Sequence record: MT995927.1
Strand: one strand, 5' to 3'
DNA length: 64,000 bases
Every line of letters starts with the position of its first letter. Within the stretch, counting starts at the first letter, position 1. The position numbers and the translations under genes are program-made. Shown one piece after another: positions 58,873 through 64,000 of this stretch. The notes below the pieces were generated by a model. That model did not search any database and was not told the origin of the DNA. It saw only the letters and a program-made list of their open reading frames with translations.

Positions 58873-61365
58873 ATGCAGATCAAGCTACTTAAGCTAATTG
58901 GCTATACTAGGTTGATGGCCAATAATACACATTATTTTGAATGGACTCCAAGCAAACAGATGATGGTTATACTTGGTAGTAATGGTTCTGGCAAATCATC
59001 TATTATTAGTGAACTGACACCTGTTGTATCTAGCAGTTCAAACTTCAAGCAAGGTGGCGAGAAACATTTCCATTGTCATGCAAATGGTAAAGACTATAAA
59101 TTAATTTCTAAATATAACCGTGGCACTGGACATCATTCCTTTTTATGTAATGATGAAGAATTAAATAGTGGTCATACCTTTAAAGAACAAGAAGAACTTG
59201 TAATGGCGCATTTCGGGTTAAACCGAGAACTGCATGAAATGTTGACAGGTAAGATGCGTTTTACAAAGTTAAAACCTAATGAACGTAAAGCATGGTTAAC
59301 TAGAATGTCTGTAGTTAACCTTGATTATGCATTTAATGTTTATAACAAAGTACGTAAAGAATTATCTAACCAGCAAGGTACTGTTAAAACAATTAATAAG
59401 CGATTGGTCACAGAACACCATGGGGTATTGAATGATTCAGAAATGACACAGTTGAAAGAAGTGAAACAACGGTTAGTTAGTCGTATTGATTTACTTTATA
59501 AAACACGTGATAAGAAAGGTGTCCTTCATTTTAGAGATGAAACCACTGCACGTAAAGAATTAGATTCTATCTTAGATGAAGCTCGTTCATTGTTAATGTC
59601 ATTTCCAATGTTACCTATTCAAGTTAAAGTAGATGGGTATGAATCTTTCTTAGAACTAAATAATAAGAAGATTGAAGAATATAAATCTATACAAGCAGTT
59701 ATTGCACGTTTAGTTGAAGAATTAGAAGAATTAAAAAGCTCTAATCCGAATACAGCTGAACGTATGTCTCCAGAAGAAATACAAGAACTTAAGGACAGAC
59801 ATGAACATCATACACGCATTGCTGAAGAAGCTATTAGTAAATATAAGAAGTATACCGGTAGATTTCCTTTGGTTGACATTTCTGTTAACGGTGATCCATC
59901 TGGTAAACTTACTGATCTCTCAGATCGTTGGATCAAACTTCTCACTACATTTCCTAATAATGAGAATGGTTACTTAAGTAAAGAAACTGCTATTAAAAAT
60001 GCAGAAAGGCTAAAAGAATTAAAAAGTAAATACTCAACCATGGAAGGCATGTATTTACAAATTAATCAACGCCTAAATTCATTTAAGGAATGTGCATCTA
60101 TTATTTGTCCATCGTGCACTCATTCATTTAAACCTGGTGTTAGTGAACAAGATATCACAATAGCAGAAGAGCGCAAAGCTAAGTTAGATGAAGCGATGGA
60201 TAGCTGTTCAAATGAGATCAAGGTTCTTGAACAGTACATGACTGACTTCAATGAATATGTAAGTTATGTACATGGCTACGTTCAATTAACGAAAGAGTAT
60301 AACGAATTTGATACATTATGGAACTATGTAGCTGAGCATATCGTAATGTATCGCACACCAGCAAAATATATAAATGATGCATTAGACTGGCGAGATGCAA
60401 TGCAGCAACTCATTGTCTCTAAGCAAGCTCATGCGGAAGCTACTTTATTAGCTCAACGACTACGTGTTATTGCTGAGATGGATCAAGATGCATTAGGATT
60501 CATTAAGGCACGTACAACTGCACTAGAAACTGAAATTAATAATAAAACACATGTAGCAACTGACTTACAAAGAAAAGCAGCTCATTTCAATAAAGCTGGT
60601 AATGCTATTCGTGAATGGGAAGATAAGTATCATTCTTTTATTGAACGGTGGGAGCAGTTTATTAAAAAGATAGTGGATACAGCTGACAACTTTGTAGATA
60701 AGGCATACCAAGCGGAGATTGATGCTGTTAACTTAGAACTATCTAGTGTACATAGCCGTTTAAGTGAAATGGAACGTCATGAAGAACGTATTAAAGTTTT
60801 AGAATCAGAAGTTAACCATGCACAACAAATGGCTACTGATTTAGCTATTCTTGAAAAAGCATTATCACCAAAAAGTGGTATTCTTGGTCGCTATTTATTA
60901 GGTTTCTTACAAGGAGTAGTTAAACTAGTAAATGCATACATCAATGAGATTTGGACTTATAGGTTAGAAGTATTACCTTCTAATGTTGACAAAGATGGCA
61001 TGGATTATAAGTTCCCAATGCATATTGCAGGTGGTGACGTTCAGCCACCGGACATTGAATACGGGTCTGACTCACAATTAGAGATTGTTGATTTTGCTTT
61101 TAGAATGGCTATCTTGAAATTTTTACATCTAGATGACATGCCCCTTTTCTTAGATGAATTTAGCAGGACTTTTGATGAACAACATCGAGCCAATGCTATT
61201 CCATTCATTAACAGGTTAATTGAAAATGGCATTGTTAATCAAGTGTTCTTCATCAGCCACTTTGAATCAACACACGGTGCATTTAACCAAGCTGAATTTA
61301 TTGTACTTGATCCAGCTAATATTAGTACTCCAGAAGTATTTAATAAAAATCTAGTATTAAAATAA
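58873..61365 (+). CDS. sbcC: SbcC/Rad50-like SMC ATPase (gp165-like)
   Basis: Walker A GSNGSGKS, long coiled coil with CPSC hook, Walker B LFLDE, FISH loop. Confidence 0.92.
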   Translation: MQIKLLKLIGYTRLMANNTHYFEWTPSKQMMVILGSNGSGKSSIISELTPVVSSSSNFKQGGEKHFHCHANGKDYKLISKYNRGTGHHSFLCNDEELNSGHTFKEQEELVMAHFGLNRELHEMLTGKMRFTKLKPNERKAWLTRMSVVNLDYAFNVYNKVRKELSNQQGTVKTINKRLVTEHHGVLNDSEMTQLKEVKQRLVSRIDLLYKTRDKKGVLHFRDETTARKELDSILDEARSLLMSFPMLPIQVKVDGYESFLELNNKKIEEYKSIQAVIARLVEELEELKSSNPNTAERMSPEEIQELKDRHEHHTRIAEEAISKYKKYTGRFPLVDISVNGDPSGKLTDLSDRWIKLLTTFPNNENGYLSKETAIKNAERLKELKSKYSTMEGMYLQINQRLNSFKECASIICPSCTHSFKPGVSEQDITIAEERKAKLDEAMDSCSNEIKVLEQYMTDFNEYVSYVHGYVQLTKEYNEFDTLWNYVAEHIVMYRTPAKYINDALDWRDAMQQLIVSKQAHAEATLLAQRLRVIAEMDQDALGFIKARTTALETEINNKTHVATDLQRKAAHFNKAGNAIREWEDKYHSFIERWEQFIKKIVDTADNFVDKAYQAEIDAVNLELSSVHSRLSEMERHEERIKVLESEVNHAQQMATDLAILEKALSPKSGILGRYLLGFLQGVVKLVNAYINEIWTYRLEVLPSNVDKDGMDYKFPMHIAGGDVQPPDIEYGSDSQLEIVDFAFRMAILKFLHLDDMPLFLDEFSRTFDEQHRANAIPFINRLIENGIVNQVFFISHFESTHGAFNQAEFIVLDPANISTPEVFNKNLVLK

Positions 61366-61380
61366 TTATAAGCAACATAA

Positions 61381-61401
61381 GCCCTCCCGCAATGGGAGGG
61401 C
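61381..61401 (+). terminator. Hairpin terminator
   Basis: GCCCTCCC-GCAAT-GGGAGGGC. Confidence 0.8.
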
Positions 61402-61610
61402 ATTATATTAGTAACTATCTTTATAAGTGCTATTAAGTGAAACACTTTCAAAACTCTTTTTATTTTTATCAGCCTCAACAAAGTCTTTACCAACTGATTG
61501 TGGTACACCAACTTTCTTAGCAAACTTCTTATCATTGGCTACAGCAGCCATGAAGTTATGTTGTTTTTTACTTTTACTAGGCATCGTATATTCCTCTAAG
61601 TTTTCACAAC

Positions 61611-61641
61611 TACACTAAAAAATAATTAAGATATATATTAC
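61611..61641 (+). promoter_or_regulatory. phiKZ-type early promoter
   Basis: TACACTAAAAAATAATTAAGATATATATTAC, same architecture as 10421 and 62126. Confidence 0.75.
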
Positions 61642-61675
61642 TACTATGCATACAATATCTTAAGAGGTTAATGAC

Positions 61676-62071
61676 ATGTTTAATCAACAATATAATCCAA
61701 ATAGTTCAGCTAAGGTAATGGAGACATTACATGCCTGTGCTAAACTTATTAAGGAAATGTTTTATTATAATGATCAATATGTTCAAGTAGAATCGGCTTA
61801 TACAGATGATCCAATCCAAGCATCCATTGAAACAGTAAATGATGGGTATTACAGATTAGTTATTCAAGACACCACACCAGATAGTACGTGGCCAGTGTGG
61901 GCAGTTGTTTTTATCAGACAACGTGGTGGAGATATTAAGTGTCTCCATATTATCAATCGTATTACTGGAGTATCTGCAAATATAGATACGCAATTCAACT
62001 GTGATTCTTTTTACTCTGTTATTGATTTACTATTAGATCATTATCGAGTATTAACTTCGATGGAATACTGA
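61676..62071 (+). CDS. Hypothetical early protein
   Basis: 131 aa, GAGG RBS, behind an early promoter. Confidence 0.75.
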   Translation: MFNQQYNPNSSAKVMETLHACAKLIKEMFYYNDQYVQVESAYTDDPIQASIETVNDGYYRLVIQDTTPDSTWPVWAVVFIRQRGGDIKCLHIINRITGVSANIDTQFNCDSFYSVIDLLLDHYRVLTSMEY

Positions 62072-62082
62072 TATACATATTA

Positions 62083-62102
62083 CCCTCTCCTTCGGGAGGG
62101 GG
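62083..62102 (+). terminator. Hairpin terminator
   Basis: CCCTCTCC-TTCG-GGAGGGGG followed by TTTAT. Confidence 0.75.
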
Positions 62103-62125
62103 TTTATATCGCATTAATTTTTTTA

Positions 62126-62157
62126 TTACACTAAAAAAAGTTTAAGATCTATATTAC
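62126..62157 (+). promoter_or_regulatory. phiKZ-type early promoter
   Basis: TTACACTAAAAAAAGTTTAAGATCTATATTAC, near-identical to 10421-10452. Confidence 0.8.
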
Positions 62158-62212
62158 AGACATGTATCTATATTGGATACTTATTAAAACTTAATGATTA
62201 GGAAAATAGAAA

Positions 62213-62419
62213 ATGAAAGTACTAAAGATCGCAGCTGCAATTATCTCAACTGGTGCCCTCGCTGTTGCCGCTATTAATCTATATAAGGCCGTTTCTAAAT
62301 CAACCGTTATTGATGACACCGTAGCTGATGATGATACGGTACTAGACAGTGAAGTAGATATTCTAACTGATGAGCTAGATAAAATCGATATTGATGATAG
62401 TGCTCAACAAGTCGATTAA
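62213..62419 (+). CDS. Small early protein with N-terminal TM/signal segment and acidic tail
   Basis: IAAAIISTGALAVAAINLY followed by a D-rich tail; AGGA RBS. Confidence 0.75.
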   Translation: MKVLKIAAAIISTGALAVAAINLYKAVSKSTVIDDTVADDDTVLDSEVDILTDELDKIDIDDSAQQVD

Positions 62420-62437
62420 ATAATAGGGTTATCGCTA

Positions 62438-62866
62438 ATGGCGGCATTCACTTTAGCAAACTTAATGGGTGAGCTAAAGAAGAGTTCCGTCATTGACTTA
62501 TTCAACGATGGAAAGGTCAAGGCAGAACTCTATCCAGCTCATATGACATATATGGGTAGTGTGGTTGACTTACATCGTGTAGGCGATACATTCAGCTTCT
62601 ATGTTGCAGATGGACATGGAGGCGTCACACGCTATCCATGTAGTAATCAGATTCTTGAATCGATAACATTAGAACCAGATGTTTATTATAAGTTAACTGG
62701 TAAAAAAGTTATTGAGAAAAGAATTGAATTACCAGCTGTTACAGTACCAATTGAAGAACCCGCTAAGCGCATGCCGCTGGAAACAATCACATCAGTTGCT
62801 GTTATTGGCGGGTTTATTTTGTACGTTGGTACACGGTTTTATAAAGCATGTAAAAAATTAAAATAA
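62438..62866 (+). CDS. Early protein with C-terminal TM anchor
   Basis: ITSVAVIGGFILYVG followed by basic residues. Confidence 0.75.
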   Translation: MAAFTLANLMGELKKSSVIDLFNDGKVKAELYPAHMTYMGSVVDLHRVGDTFSFYVADGHGGVTRYPCSNQILESITLEPDVYYKLTGKKVIEKRIELPAVTVPIEEPAKRMPLETITSVAVIGGFILYVGTRFYKACKKLK

Positions 62867-62873
62867 TACGGTC

Positions 62874-63572
62874 ATGCAGTATACTTTAGGTACAATAACC
62901 CTAGAGGAAACTGCAATGGCCGTATTAGACCGTCAATTTAATATTCGTTTAAATGGTGCTGATTTAGATAAACAAAAGCGAATTATTAAAGAAATTTATA
63001 CCAGGATTGCAAATGTGAATAACACAGTAATCAATGGTACTACTGTAAGACTGATTTTATTTGTTAAAGCTAATGGCCAAGTGGCTACTGGAAGCGATGC
63101 TATTAAACTAATCAACGATGCAGAAACTAATCTACAGGCGTGGGTTCTTTCTAATCGCTTTATCTTTAAATGGATGTTTAGCCATGCTAGTGATTTTGGT
63201 GCAATCTCTTCCAATTTTGAAGAAGTTTCACCAGGTGTTTATGATTGGAGTAAACGCCGTAGCTTTAATAAAGAATTTGATGATGAGCTAGCTAAAGCAA
63301 AAGAACGAAAACTAATTCGTCAAAATAAACCTACTCTATTTAAAACTATTAAGAAAGTAGGTAAAGCTGCATATGAAACTATTTCAGATAACTCAACTGC
63401 AATCGTAAGTTTAACTGCTATTGGACTATTAGCTCTTAAAGTAACATCTGATCATAATCAAGTTATTAACCAAATGAATGTTATTAAGAAATCAATTGGT
63501 AATATTGAGCTACCACCTGTTGAAGTAATCGTAAATACAGTTGGTGATGTATTAGATATCGATTTGTATTAA
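62874..63572 (+). CDS. Early protein with a hydrophobic segment near the C-terminus
   Basis: AIVSLTAIGLLAL preceded by a K-rich helix. Confidence 0.75.
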   Translation: MQYTLGTITLEETAMAVLDRQFNIRLNGADLDKQKRIIKEIYTRIANVNNTVINGTTVRLILFVKANGQVATGSDAIKLINDAETNLQAWVLSNRFIFKWMFSHASDFGAISSNFEEVSPGVYDWSKRRSFNKEFDDELAKAKERKLIRQNKPTLFKTIKKVGKAAYETISDNSTAIVSLTAIGLLALKVTSDHNQVINQMNVIKKSIGNIELPPVEVIVNTVGDVLDIDLY

Positions 63573-63581
63573 GTGCATAAC

Positions 63582-63602
63582 GCCCTCCCATTACGGGAGG
63601 GC
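63582..63602. terminator. Bidirectional terminator
   Basis: Identical to 22853-22873. Confidence 0.8.
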
Positions 63603-63617
63603 TATATGTCGTTAATA

Positions 63618-63998
63618 TCAATCGTTTTCTAATTCTTTTTCTCGTGCAGCATCCATCCGCTCCATAAATGCATTGGATTCCTCCATGATGATACCGATTT
63701 CAGTTTCACCTTCTTCAATAGTGTAATTCTCAAATTCCTCATCAGGAATATCTGGAATCTCACGTGGTGTTGCAGGGACATCATTCGGATCACGTATTAA
63801 TGGATTACGGTTCATTTGCATCTTAACGAATTCAGCAAAGCCTTCAGCAAGTTCACGGTTAGAGCGTGCACCCTCAGAATCAACTTGAATACGACGGTTA
63901 GCAATTGTTGTCTTATCCATTGAATCTGTTAATTTAAGAATCATATCAACTGATTCTTTATCAGTAGGTACTTTACCAGTTGTATTTTCTAATACAGC
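63618..63998 (-). CDS. Hypothetical protein, 5' end beyond the window edge
   Basis: Frame stays open upstream of Met 63944 (AVLENTTGKVPTDKESVD) to the window end. Confidence 0.7.
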   Translation of the reverse strand, partial: AVLENTTGKVPTDKESVDMILKLTDSMDKTTIANRRIQVDSEGARSNRELAEGFAEFVKMQMNRNPLIRDPNDVPATPREIPDIPDEEFENYTIEEGETEIGIIMEESNAFMERMDAAREKELEND

Positions 63999-64000
63999 TT

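Noticed and set aside
61239-61618. 98-aa (-) and 63-aa (+) ORFs around the sbcC end
   Set aside because: Cross a terminator and lie in AT-rich promoter-proximal DNA; no RBS

Overview
AT-rich dsDNA from a phiKZ-like Pseudomonas jumbo phage (Phikzvirus; phiKZ or a very close relative). The 260-aa endolysin matches my recollection of KZ144 nearly residue for residue, and gene order and lengths match roughly phiKZ gp105-gp171. The gp numbers below come from remembered gene order and sizes, not from a database search. Contents from left to right: small early/accessory genes including an orphan HigA-like HTH gene; a hairpin-rich non-coding island; DnaB-like helicase; major capsid protein; non-virion RNAP beta subunit; baseplate and portal genes; the gp131-135 fibre paralogs; two double-stranded beta-helix (2OG-Fe(II)-like) genes; RuvC-like resolvase; spanin-like pair and endolysin; two large fibre genes, one collagen-like; virion RNAP beta C-terminal fragment; UvsX/RecA; RNase H; inner-head paralogs; PAAR and central spike; SbcC/Rad50 ATPase; and an early operon of membrane-anchored proteins. 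I saw no tRNA, rRNA, CRISPR array or transposase. Most interesting signals: (1) a 26-codon in-frame extension behind the TGA stop of the major capsid gene, which shares an exact 30-bp RYLENGTIRY segment with the C-terminus of the gp143-like virion gene (candidate stop-codon readthrough giving a tagged minor capsid form); (2) an AlkB-like dioxygenase plus a degenerate partner inside the fibre operon; (3) an isolated non-coding hairpin array with repeated CTAAA loops.
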